In this document: positions 10,619 to 22,177 of the stretch, in pieces
Layout of the letters: the number at the start of each line of letters is the position of its first letter
Position numbering within the stretch: the first letter of the stretch is position 1
Source: Paraspadella gotoi
Taxonomy: Eukaryota > Animalia > Chaetognatha
Direction of reading: 5' to 3'
Length of the DNA: 26,719 bases
NCBI GenBank assembly: GCA_051294375.1
Contig: JBJCIZ010000239.1
Span: 1 to 26,719, forward strand
Position numbers and translations under genes: made by a program
The notes under the pieces: model-generated
Seen by the model: only the letters and a program-made list of their open reading frames with translations
The model's database searches: none
Told to the model about the DNA's origin: nothing

Positions 10619-11419
10619 TTACAAAGATTAAAAACGAATCGAGTTTAAAATCTATTTCCTTATATTCCTTATATTAATATATAATTATATTATAAGTTAC
10701 AAGCTTTTTACGTAACCTCTCCTACGCTTTTTACCTAATCCTCTCTTTCTTCAGCTCATCTTCCACCACCCTTCACGTAATTAAACTACTAAAATTCCCC
10801 TAATTTTAATTCTTTCCTTCATTTCCTATCTCAACAATTTCGTGACGTCTCGTCTTATCATTGTTCTCCTCCGCAGATGGCGGAGGAAGAAAAATAGCAC
10901 GAAAGAGGAGAAATAATTCAAACTGCTTATTCCGGCGGCCCGCTCTGGAATCGCGGGGGGGAAGTGGAAGAGGGCAGGGGGGGCGTAGAGGACTAGAAAC
11001 AACCAATCTACTAAAGCCGACGGGCCGAGGTTCTTAAGGGAGGGGTGGTCCGTAAAAGCACATGGGCTGAAAAAATTTATATATAAAAAGAGGGAAATAG
11101 TAGCGTTTAGTTTTGTTAAATAGGTTGTTTTTTTATCAGTAAGAAATCTTAAAAATCTAAAGTAAATACGAACGATAAATTTGTGAATTTTTAAAAAAAG
11201 GGACCCAAAAACTTAATCTTTTGCTTAAAGTGATAAGTATAGTTGGTTAGAAATTGGTAATGAGCTTGGCTTTTAGAGGGGCCCGCCATGGATAAGGCTC
11301 TGCCACTAGGCTCAACTTGGTAGTTTTTTTGGCAATCCTTCCTTGCTCCCCAAAGTATGGCTGAAGCGCAGGAATTAAGTTTAATAATGGGAAAGAGAAC
11401 AGTGAAGGGAAAGAGTTAT

Positions 11420-11476
11420 GAAAAAAAAGAGAGAGAGAAAGAAAATTGCCTCCTAAATGAAGTGAGAGAAGAAGAG

Positions 11477-11518
<42 letters not shown>

Positions 11519-11720
11519 CGAGAAGAGAGAATAGAGAGAGAGAGTAGTTGAACAAAATTGCCTCCTAAAATGAAAGTTGAGAGAAAAGAGAGAAGAGGAA
11601 GAGAGAGAGAGAGAGAGAGTGAGTCCAAAAAGAGAAGAAGAGAGAAAGAGAGAGAGAGAAAAGAGAGAGAAAATTGCCTCCTAAATGAAAAAAAAGGTGA
11701 AGAGAAGGAAAAAAAAAAAG
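11420..11720 (+). repeat. ~114-bp tandem repeat: constant AAAATTGCCTCCTAAA(A)TGAA anchor plus (GA)n-like spacer, 3 units
   Basis: Anchor at ~11442, 11554 and 11669. Confidence 0.85.
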
Positions 11721-12019
11721 AAAGAGATATAAATTTTGTTCTTCTCGACCCAAACTTCATCATACCTTCCCTCTCTCTCTCTCTCTCTTCTCTCTCATCC
11801 CTCTCTCTTCTCCTCTCTCTCTCTTCTCTCTCGTTTCGCCCCCGCGGAACATTTTTTTCACATTCCTCGTACGGATCGCGGGGGGGGGAGTACAGGAGGA
11901 GGGGGGGGGGGCGAATGGAAAAGTGGGCGAGTGGAGAGAATGTACTCGAAGTCCAACGTGAGAAAAACGTTAAAATGTCGCCGAATCCCCGCCCCCGCGG
12001 TTTGAAAGTAGGGATAGAG

Positions 12020-12118
12020 AAAAGGTGGTGTGGACCAAGGGGGTGGTGGGTGGTTAGGTGGGGGGTGGCGGAAGGGTGGGGGGAGTGGAAAGGGGGAAGG
12101 AGGGGGTAGGGGGGGTGA
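12020..12118 (+). other. Dense G-run tract with G-quadruplex potential
   Basis: At least eight runs of 3 or more G with short loops within ~80 bp. Confidence 0.5.
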
Positions 12119-12231
12119 ATGAACGTCTTTGAGTCGGGCGACGAAATGAAAAAGAACGTGGAAACGTGAAATGGAACCGCGTCGTTGGAACCCGAATAAA
12201 GGCGCCGAGGCAAATGTGAAGAGAATGAGAG

Positions 12232-12267
<36 letters not shown>

Positions 12268-12302
12268 AGAGAGAAGACTACAGCGGGAATTTTGTCAGAT
12301 CC

Positions 12303-12383
12303 TTTTTTTAGTTGCGCCGCGAGTACTCGCAACTCTATAAGTCACTTTTTGGACGGAGTCGGTCGGTTGGTATGTCTGTCCGT
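12303..12383 (+). mobile_element. Helentron/DINE-1(HINE)-like element end
   Basis: T-run, then hairpin AGTTGCG..CGCAACT, then CTATAAGTC, then GTCG/GTCC/GTCT tetramer repeats. This is the layout known for DINE-1-like ends. A related inverted copy lies at 22111-22177. The far end was not located. Confidence 0.6.
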
Positions 12384-13005
12384 AGTATTGTCCCACTTAG
12401 GTGTTAAAAAATGCTCATAGCTCGCCATTGTTAGTTGCTCAGTAGTTGTTAAGCAGGGAATAAATCCTCAATAGTTTCACTGACTTGCTGCGCCGCCGCT
12501 CTAGGAAAATCCTAAAACTATAAAGAATAAAAGACGGTTATTCCGATGCTGTGTGTTCATAAAATACACAGTCAAGAAAGTTATTGCACCATCAATGTAG
12601 TCAGTCATGTATGTAGTCCATATGATCACAGGGAAATAGACGGAAAATTAAGTCACTGCTGCGCAAACGCAATTGGATGAAACGATCTTATTTTTAAAAA
12701 AAAGAAACTCGAAGCGATGTGGTTTTGAGGAAAAAGTTTTTAGGGTTAAAGTCGTTTTCGCTTTTTTATGGGAAAATATTAATCAAAGTGAAATGTTTTA
12801 ACCGTGCTGAGTGGGGAGAAGGAGAGAGTGAGAAAAGCCGTAGATAGAGAGAGAATGTTTAGAGAAGCGAGAAGGAGACAGGGAAGAGAAAGAGGGAGAA
12901 AGAGTATAACAAACTATACTAGACCTAGTTAAGATGTAAAAATTTAATGTAAAGTTTAATATCGTTGTCCCATCTCTACTCACCATGCGGAAATGTCGTC
13001 TTCGA

Positions 13006-13037
<32 letters not shown>

Positions 13038-14676
13038 CTCTCTCTGCTCTCCTCCTCTCGTCTCGTCTCTCTCGTCTCACATATCAAGTTTTAAATTCCC
13101 GGATGAATCGGGCCTTTTCCATTCATCCTTTTCCCATCCTCTCTTCCCTTCCGCCACTCGGCAATTTTCCTGCATCGTTTTAAATCGTTCCGCACTACCA
13201 TTCATTCCCTCGCGCGACACCGCCCTAAATAGAACCCCAAACTCCCCTACCACCCCTTCCCGACCCTACCTTCCCGAACGACCCCAAGATTCAACTTCGG
13301 CCGACGACGCATACGCGCTTTTTTCTTTTCTTTTTTTTTTTTTTTTTTTGGCGTCGGCGACGAAATGAATCGAGGGCGTGTCCCGTCTCATGGTCCCCTT
13401 CCACACCCAGAAAATCCATCCCTTCGCCCCTTTTGCCACCTCCCACTGCTGGGACCGCTGCCGCACCGCTGCGCAGCCGCTGCCCTGCTGCCGCTTGCCC
13501 CGCCGCTGCCCTGCCCAGCCGCTCTCGGCCTTTAAGTCGAGGCGAAAAAGAGACTCTAACGGATTTTCTTTCTTTCTTTTTTTTTTTTGGCGGCGGTCGA
13601 GGATTATAATAGATTTGGGTCAGAATCGGAGGGTTGGTGAGGGCGGTGAAGGGTTGGAGGGGTTTGGGTGAGTGGGGTGAGGGTAAAAAAAATGGGGCGG
13701 GGGCGATTGTGAGGGTAAGTTTGAGTAAGAGATGGGTGAGGAAGTGGTAAAGAATGAAAAAACAAATGTGAAGAGAAAGAAGAATAAAAAAACATTGAAA
13801 AACCCGACGCTGTGACCATCTCCACGAGATTTGGCCAAACTTCCAAGATACTAAGGCGAGTCTCAACCTTTGTAAAATAAACCGAAGCACTTTCTTTAGG
13901 CAACTCCCCAGTCCCAAATTGCCTTACGCTACTAGCAGTCACTGACTACTGCCGTCTCAGCGATTGCTCTGTTTAACAATTTATTAAAGCTTTATTTTAA
14001 AGCTCAAATTTTGATAAATTTTCGGCACCCGTCTGCAATAATTGGTTTGCCTTTATTTTTCTCTTTCTATACTAAAAAAAATACTTTTAGCGGTCCACTA
14101 GTCCACGATTTCCTACTTACGTTTCCCAAAATATAAAAGTGTTAATTTAGAAAAAAGTAGGAAGAATCTCAAAAAAGATTCGTTCAGCCTTGAGTTAAGT
14201 TTTTTTTGAGTAAATGATTAATTAAATTTAAAGTGCACTTACATGAGCAAACGACATGGGCTAAATGCGTAAAATGAGCGAATAAGATCAAACACAATGT
14301 AATGAAATTATATTTTCGGCACCGGAGCGACGAAACGACGACGACGACGAGACGACGACGACGACGTCAAGCGACCTCTTTAGTGGAAGAAGTCAGTTAA
14401 ATAACCATAGAACTGAAACAACGATTAAGAAATAAAAACCGACATCGATTTGATATAATTCAGTTTCGAGCTCATAATTGGATGAGCCTCCGCCCCCTTA
14501 ACCGGCCGCGGACGGTGCCCCGCTCTGCTGCCGTTGCCGTGCAGCGGGCCGCCGTCGAACCCTGATACGGCCGCTGCCGCCAGAATTAATAAGGAGCGGC
14601 ATCCCGTGGCTGAGATGCGCTGTTTGTTACCTTTGTTTGCAAATCCGGACTGCGACCGATGGTCTTCGATAGAGAG

Positions 14677-14737
<61 letters not shown>

Positions 14738-14839
14738 CAAAGGACAATCATAACAAGAGTAGATCCCATGAATGCACATCACGTTCTCTCGCTCTCGATC
14801 TGCGGAATTGGAAAGGAAAAAAAAAAACTGAAGGTTTTA

Positions 14840-14880
<41 letters not shown>

Positions 14881-15449
14881 CTCCTCTCTCTCTCTCTCTC
14901 GTCATCTCTCTTCTCTCTCTCTCTCTCTCATAATTAACATGCTTTCGATTCGCCAGGGAAAATGCATCGTTTTGACGGCGCCCGCCGCTGCTGCCGCTGG
15001 CTGCCGCCGGTTTTTCTGCTGCGGCGGATCGCTGTCGGAGCGTCAGTGGCGCAATCGAGTTAATCTCGTATTTAAAGGTAGACCGGAAATATGTCGGAAC
15101 CCCGCAGCTCAAGTTAGTGGGGGGGGAGGTGCAGGAAATGGGAGTTAAAGGAATGTTAAGGGTAACGAAGGGAAGTGTACAATTAAGAGGGGAGGGTTGA
15201 TGAGGGGGGGATTGATTACTTTCTTCCGGGGGCGGGGAGGGGGGGACGGTTGGATGGGCCGTGGAGCGAACGACGTGGCGTCGATAGGACGCCCAAGGAT
15301 GAGGGAGAGAGGGTTATGACTGACGCATGTGAAATTAGGGAATTGCCGGTGGGCAAAGGCGGAGAACGACGAAACGACGACAATCAAGTGAGGAATTGTC
15401 GTGATGCCAAGAGATTGAGGGGGGGGGGGAAAGGAAGAAGACGAGGTGG

Positions 15450-16320
15450 GAAAGGAGAAAGAGGAGAGAAGGTTTTTGAAGGGGCGAAAGAGAGGAATTG
15501 GTGAGAAGGAAGGGAGAGAAAGAAGGAGAGAAGGGTTTTGAGAAGGCGAGAGAGAGAGGGAATTTAAGGAGGGAAGGAGAGAAAGAAGGAGAGAAGGGTT
15601 TTGAGGGGCGAGAAGGAAGAAGAGGGAATTTTAAAGGAGGGAAGGAGAGAAAGAGGAAGAAGGGTTTTTGAGGGCGGAGAAAGGAGAAGAGGTATTTAAA
15701 GGAGGGAAAGGAGAGAAAGAGGATGAGAAGGGTTTTGAAGAGGCGGAGAAGGAGAGAGGGAATTTAGGGAGGGAAAGGAGACGAAAAGAAGGAGAGAAGG
15801 GTTTTTGAGGGCGGAGAAAGGAGGAGGGAATTTAAGTGGAGGGAAGGAAGAGAAAGAGGAAGGAAGGGTTTTTGAGAGGCGGAGAAAGGAAGAGGGAATT
15901 TAAGGGAGGGAAGGAGAGAAAGAAGGAGAGAAGGGTTTTTGAGGGGCGGAGAAGGAGAGAGGGAATTTAAAGGAGGGAAGGAGAGAAAGAAGGAGAGAAG
16001 GGTTTTGAGGGCGGAGAAGGAGAGAGGTGTAATTTAAAGGAGGGAAGGAGAAAGAAAGAAGGAGAGAAGGGTTTTGAGGAGCGGAGAAGAGAGAGGGAAT
16101 TTAAGAGAGAGAGAAAGAAGAGAGAAGGGTTTTTTGAGGGGCCGGAGAAGGAAGAAGAGGGAAATTTAAGGGAAGGGAAGGAGAGAAAGAGAGGAGAAGG
16201 GTTTTTGAGGGGCGGAAGAAGGAGAGAGGGAATTTAAGGGAGGGAAGGAGAGAAAGAAGGAGAGAAGGTTTTTGAGGGGCGGAGGAAGGGAGAGAGGGAA
16301 TTTAAGGGAGGGAAGGAGAA
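15450..16320 (+). repeat. ~66-bp purine-rich minisatellite, ~13 units
   Basis: Unit ~GAGAAGGGTTTTTGAGGGGCGGAGAAGGAGAGAGGGAATTTAAGGGAGGGAAGGAGAGAAAGAAGGA. GGTTTT anchors at ~15471, 15535, 15598, 15664, 15731, 15800, 15867, 15934, 16001, 16070, 16128, 16200 and 16267. Only one unit is present in copy A (~2960-3030). Confidence 0.93.
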
Positions 16321-16347
16321 AAATGTGAAGAGCCAGAGAAGGAAAGA

Positions 16348-16714
16348 ACAGAAAAGTCGATTCGATTTGCGATGAAGACACAAGGGATAGTTAGACACCA
16401 AATAGAGACATAGAGAAAAAGAAGGAAATAAAAAGAAAGCAGAAAGTCAATTCGATTTGATAAGAGATGAGGATGAAAGACAACCAATAGAGACATAAGG
16501 AAAAAAAAGGGAAAATACAGAAAGCCCAGAAAAGTCAATTTCGATACGATCGCAGAGAAGGAAGAAAGACACCAAGTAGAGACATAACGGAAAAGAAGGG
16601 AATTAACAGAAAAACCCAAGAAAAGTCGATCGATTCGATCGCAGAGAAGGATAGAAAGACACCAATAGAGAACAATAGGAAAAGAAAGGGAAATACAGAA
16701 AGCCCCAGAAAGTC
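16348..16714 (+). repeat. 86-88-bp minisatellite, ~4 units
   Basis: GACACCAATAGAGACA-like anchors at ~16394, 16479, 16568 and 16658. Confidence 0.9.
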
Positions 16715-18092
16715 GTTCCTCGTCCACTCCGAGTCTGTTTATGGCGAAATCCCCAATAAAGTAAAACACCTTTCGAGATTCATGACCAAGTTCCCAATCC
16801 CAGAAGGGTAAAGGGGGTAAGGGCACTTTTTTTCTCACCCTCATCGATCCCTCAGTTTCTAGAGCTCAAATCATTTCCCGTCTCCCTCTTCTCTTTTTTT
16901 TTTCTGTGAGACTTCAGCGTTTTTCTTTTCAACTCTTTCACAAATTCCTTTTTTTTTTAAAAATGTTCAGCAGTTTTTACTCTGATGTAAAAAAAATTAG
17001 CTGGCGATTTTTTTAAAATGTTTTAGTATTTGTAAATGTTTAGTCTTTTTTCCCTTTTTTTTTTTTCATGTGACATTCCCTCTTTTTGGAAAGGAAAAGT
17101 TTACGATTATTATTATTCAATTTCAAGTTTTTTTAAAATCTGAACAGAAGCCATCCCTTAATTTCTAATCACAACTAACAACAAGCGACAACCAACAACA
17201 ACAACGACGACAATCTAAGACGCCGAACGAATAACATCGGCGAGATAATTTAAAAATTCTAGGGGCGAACGAAGGAGAAAAAACAAAGTGGAGAGAGAGA
17301 ATCCGAGACGTAGCATCCGACAAGTCTATTAAGGTGTTCATTTGTTTTTATAAAGCCTTATTCAGAGCTTAATTTGCATACTATTATTTAATCCTAAAAC
17401 AGTAAATTGAAAATAATATTTACTAACTATAGTAACTTAAAAGCATGAAACGTATTAAATCAAACTCTGACAAAATTTCTACCAAAAAAATCTTAGCCGT
17501 TAAACAGATGCCATAGTCAAATTTCAAGTCAATTGGCGTCTTAGCAAAAAAAAAAAAAGAATTTATTTTAAAATTCTCAAGCTATGAACAGAAAATTTGA
17601 ATTAAGGTTTTGGCAACATCTCAAGCGATCAATTCATAAATTCGCCATCAAAGGGAATTTTAGTTCACAGAATGCGGAAGAGACGGAAAACTCAGGCTCA
17701 GGATTTTTCGTTTCAAGTCGGCTTGAAGTTTGAAATCATAAATTTGACTTTTGAAAATTTATTTCTTTTCGACTCTCGACAGGAGGATAATTAGGAAAAG
17801 GAGTAGTTTCTCTTTTCTTAATTTTTTTTTGTGCTTTATTCAGAATAGTTTAAAAAAAAATTTATCCGAATACGTACTGACTTTTATTAAATACATCTAT
17901 TTTAGATTTTAGTATGCTTAAAATTTGTTACGCGTTGAATAATTAAAAAAGGAGATTTTAGAATTTTAGAAATAGTGGTATTAAAACTAAGCTGATAACG
18001 CTGGATGCCGTACAAAGCCCTAGGGCCGAAACCGCATTTTATTTTATTCGGACTCGCAGCGTCCTGCGGCAGACGACGGGAGAGAGAGAGAG

Positions 18093-18166
<74 letters not shown>

Positions 18167-18661
18167 ACAGATACAGAAGAGGTGTAATATGGATGACCCG
18201 AAAGAAGGCAGGTTTGATTTTTCGTGTTCCGGGAACAAGAACTATTTTGTCGATAGTTTTATGACTTACGGCTGAAAGACGGGAATGATTTAGAGATGGA
18301 GCGGAGAGCTTCAATCGCTCTCACCGTATGTTTGTTTGTTTACGTTATTTTTTATAAACGGAAAGCATAGGGAGAGGAAGGTGGAACTTTCTAAAACATT
18401 TGTGTCGTCAAATTATGTTTGACAACAAGGGACCCGAAGAAAATTCAATTGAAAAAAATAATTTAATTTTCTGATAGAGCAGGTACAATCGAAAAAAGTT
18501 AATTCGAGAAATTATTTTTAGATTTAAATAGGCCCACTAAGACAAAGTCTGGCACTCACAACCTCCTCTCCATTTTATATCATATGATTTATATTTTATT
18601 AAAGAACTCCGATAAACACCCAGTTATGATTAATGTTAAATGAATGAAGAGAAGAAGAAGT

Positions 18662-18698
<37 letters not shown>

Positions 18699-18869
18699 GA
18701 GAGAGAGAAGAGAGAGATGAGAGAGAGAGAGAGAGAGCCTAAAAAAAAGAAGAGAGAATATAATCTGATCAAGGCGGAACCGGGAAAAAGCGCCCTCAGT
18801 GGTAAAGTCACCATTACAATTCTTAACTCGATTACGAAAAAGAACTCAATCGGAGAGAGAAGTTAGTTT

Positions 18870-19320
18870 TTGGAGAGAGGGAGGAAGGGAGGAAGGAGGG
18901 AAATGAAGGAGGGAGAGGGAAGAAGAAAGGGGAGAGGGAGGGAAGGAAAGGGATGATAGGGACGAAGGGAGGGTAAACGAGAAGGAAGGAAGGGAAGAGA
19001 CGAAGAGAGGGAAGAAGGGAGTGGAAGGGAGGGAGAGGAAGGGGAGGAAGAGGGAGAGAAGGATGGAGAAGGGAGGATGAGAAGAGGAAAGAGAAATGGC
19101 GAAAGAAGGAGGAAGAGAGGGAGGTTAGAGGAAGGAAAGGAAAAGGGAAGAGAAGGGAGTGGAGAAGGAAAGAGAGGGGAGGAAGAGGGAGAGAGGGGGA
19201 GGGAAGAAGAAAGAAGAGAAGGAGGAGGAAGAGAGGAAAGAGAAGGAAGGAGGATGAAGGTTGGGGAGAGGAGAAGAGAAGAGAATGGAGAAGGAGGGAA
19301 TAAAGAGGAAGGAGGGATAG
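18870..19320 (+). repeat. ~450-bp low-complexity polypurine (G/A) tract
   Basis: Almost exclusively G and A; its 3' part matches 5903-6058. Confidence 0.9.
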
Positions 19321-19886
19321 TTTTCAAAGATATAAATGCCGAAATTTTAATAAATGAATAAAATGAAGAATGCTAAAAATAAACAAATGCCAATAGTATG
19401 TAAAATTAATATTAAAGAAAGGAATAAGAAAATAATCAACACCGTATTTGTTAATGTTCTATGACAAACCTTTGAAAAGTAAGTTAGTTTGACCTTTCTA
19501 CTGCCGGACGTGCGCATTGTGGATATGGATTTAAAAAATGGGAAACCTTTTTATAAACGAGTATTAAATCTAATCATGAAGCTTTGAATCACATACGGAC
19601 TCTCTCGACGTTCTCCCTGGTGTTCTCCCCAGTCACTGTTCTCCACCAGGCAGCCAAGGAGAATCAGCTCTCTCGTCAAACGAACGTTTTTTCTCCTTTT
19701 TGCTTGTAGTTAAAAGCGCATTGTGTTTTTCCCACCCTTTTATTTTCAGCATATTCTTTCTCTCACTCACGTCTCTCTCTCTCTCCCTCCTCTCCTCTCT
19801 CTCTTCTCTCTCTTCCTCTCTCTCTCTCTCTCCTCTTCCCTCTCTCTCTCTCCGCGATAATGCATCGGGGAGTTAAGACGTTTCTC

Positions 19887-19918
<32 letters not shown>

Positions 19919-19925
19919 ACTCTCT

Positions 19926-19957
<32 letters not shown>

Positions 19958-20036
19958 CTACTCTCTCTCTCTTTATGATGCCTCACAAGAGCGACGCCGT
20001 TCGTTCCCATCTCGATGCCATTTTGGGACTCACGCC

Positions 20037-20480
20037 CGAGTCGTCGTCGTCGTCGTCGCGTCGTCGGTCTTCGTTTATTCGTCGTCTTTCATCGTCGTCG
20101 TCGTCATTGTCGTCGTCGTCATTGTCGTCGTTGTTCCGTCGTTGTCAATTCTCGTTGTCGTTCGTCGTCGTCTTCGTCAGTCGTCGTTCGTTCGTCGTCG
20201 TCGTCGTCGTCGTTGTCGTTGTTGTCATTCTTCGTTGTCGTTCGTCGTCGTCTTCGTCATCAGTCGTCTTTCGTCGCGTCGTCGTCGTCGTTGTTCGTCG
20301 TTGTCATTCTTCGTTCGTTCGTCGTCGCTTCTCATTCGTCGGTCTTTCATCATCGTCCGTCGTCGTCGTTGTTCGTCCGTTGTCATTCTTCGTTGTCTTC
20401 TCGTCGTCTTCGTCATCGTCGTCTTTCATCATCGTCGTCGTCATCGCGTCGTCGTCCGTCATCGTCGTCATCGGTCGTCA
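20037..20480 (+). repeat. (GTC)n-derived array with ~80-bp higher-order period
   Basis: GTTGTCATTCTTCGTT-like anchor at 20141, 20221, 20300 and 20379. Confidence 0.85.
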
Positions 20481-20752
20481 GGTGATTTGTGTTTCCTTTT
20501 TTTCCTCCAAAATCCCTTTTCAACGACCGGGAAACGACGACGACGACGAACGACGACAACGACGACGTTGACTGGCTCGACGATTAAATGGATGGAGGAC
20601 AACTTGAGAACAAAGTGACAAAAGGGACGAAGTGCAAAAATACAAAAGTGGACGATGACAAAAATGACGAAAGGGAAACGAAGAGACAAAAAAATGACAA
20701 AAGGGACGAAGATGAACGCAGTGCAAGTTCAATTCAGCCAATAAGGCGTAAT

Positions 20753-21260
20753 ACCGTTGCTCATGAGTAAAGTCATCAAGACCCGATCGAATCCTCGAAC
20801 GGTTCCTACCCTGTGGTAAGATGTCCGTAGACCGCTTGAGGCGTGTGGAAAAACCCTCAAGTTGGATTCCATGATCAAAGAAACGAAATTAGGTTTAAGG
20901 CTAAGGCCAAGGCAAAAAGGCTAAGGCAAAGGCCCACAAAGGCAAAGGCAAAAGCAAAGGCAAAAGGCTAAGCTAAGGCTAGGCAAGGCAAAAGCTACGC
21001 TACAGCTACGGCAAGGCTAAGGCAAAAGGCAAAGGCCTAAAGGCTAAAGGCCCTAAAAGCAAAAGGGCTAAGGCTAAGGAATAAGGCTAAGCCAAGGCGA
21101 AGGCAAATGGTTAAGGCNNNNNNNNNNNNNNNNNNNNNNNNNCCTAAGGCTAAGGCAAAAGGCTAAGGCTAAGGCTAAGGCTAAGGCTAAGCCTAAGTAT
21201 AAGGCTAAGGCTAAGGCTTAGCCTAAGGCTAAGGCTAAGGCTAAGGCTAAGGCAAAAGAC
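20753..21260 (+). mobile_element. Putative SINE-like element, copy 2, with long hexamer tail
   Basis: Same head and body as 7236-7385, followed by ~370 bp of TAAGGC/AAAGGC. Confidence 0.5.
20889..21260 (+). repeat. (TAAGGC)n / (AAAGGC)n hexamer array, interrupted by 25 N (21118-21142)
   Basis: Clean TAAGGC units at 21145-21253; noisier units upstream. Confidence 0.93.
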
Positions 21261-21671
21261 TAAGATTATTATTAAGATGACTTCCTGTGCAGTGTACACT
21301 CCACACTGTTTGTACATGAAGTAAGAATTTAACATTACATTTACGTTTTATTTCATATCCTCATATTATTTGTGCACTTTGAAATCAAAATTAATCATTG
21401 GCTATTTTATATAGATATCGTTTTTTTTACCAAATTCATTATTTGTCTCATCGTCTTTCCATCTTCTTTGTCTACGTCTCTTCCATCTGAAGATTAAACG
21501 TTTTGACCGAAGATCCAATGGGAAGGCCTGGAAGATAAAAACGGTCAAAAGGACGAAGACGACGACGACGACGACGACGACGAAAGATAGACGCTGAAAA
21601 AAGACCCAGAACTGAGTCGTTGAGAATAAACGTCGACATAAGGGACAAAAACAACACAGAAGGAAAAAGAG

Positions 21672-21702
<31 letters not shown>

Positions 21703-22110
21703 TGATAAGGTTGAAAAATAAAGTGGCTCTGTTTTATGAGGCAGCGCCATTTACGAGAAACAAGAGTAGAGAGGAGGCAGAAAGAGAAAAAGAAAGAAGG
21801 GAGGAAAAGAAAAAAAGAAAGAAAGAAAAAATGAAACAGCAATTCTACGGTATTGCGCCGCGTATACTTCTTTTTTTTGAAATTTAGTATAAATAGTTTA
21901 AAATAGATATATAACAAATGTTTAAGCTCATATCAATCTTTTTTTAAAAATAATATAAGCTTTGCAGAGTCATGCTATGTAAGTGTGATGGAGGCCTTAA
22001 ACCTTTAGTCAAAGTTAGGGGCAAGATGGCTCATATATGGATAGTTTCTATATTGGTGGTAATAATTTCGTATAATATTCATATATAATATTCAAAATAA
22101 TTAAAATAAA

Positions 22111-22177
22111 AGTGAGACAGACCGACCCAAAAGGAGACTCATAGAGTTGCTCCGCGAGTACTCGCGGCGCAACTAAA
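22111..22177 (-). mobile_element. Helentron/DINE-1-like element end, inverted relative to 12303
   Basis: 30-bp palindrome AGTTGCTCCGCGAGTACTCGCGGCGCAACT (22145-22174, one mismatched pair). The minus strand reads TTTAGTTGCGCCGCGAGTACTCGC..AACTCTATGAGTC..GGTCGGTCTGTC. Confidence 0.6.

Larger units (their letters stand above)
13340..20935 (+). repeat. Copy B of the duplicated block, gap-free but with frequent 1-bp indels
   Basis: Colinear with copy A and spans all three N gaps of A. Confidence 0.95.

Noticed and set aside
10855-10897. Splice-acceptor-like CTCCTCCGCAG followed by ATG, inside an 8-bp hairpin
   Set aside because: The ATG frame stops after six codons, and no exon partner was found.
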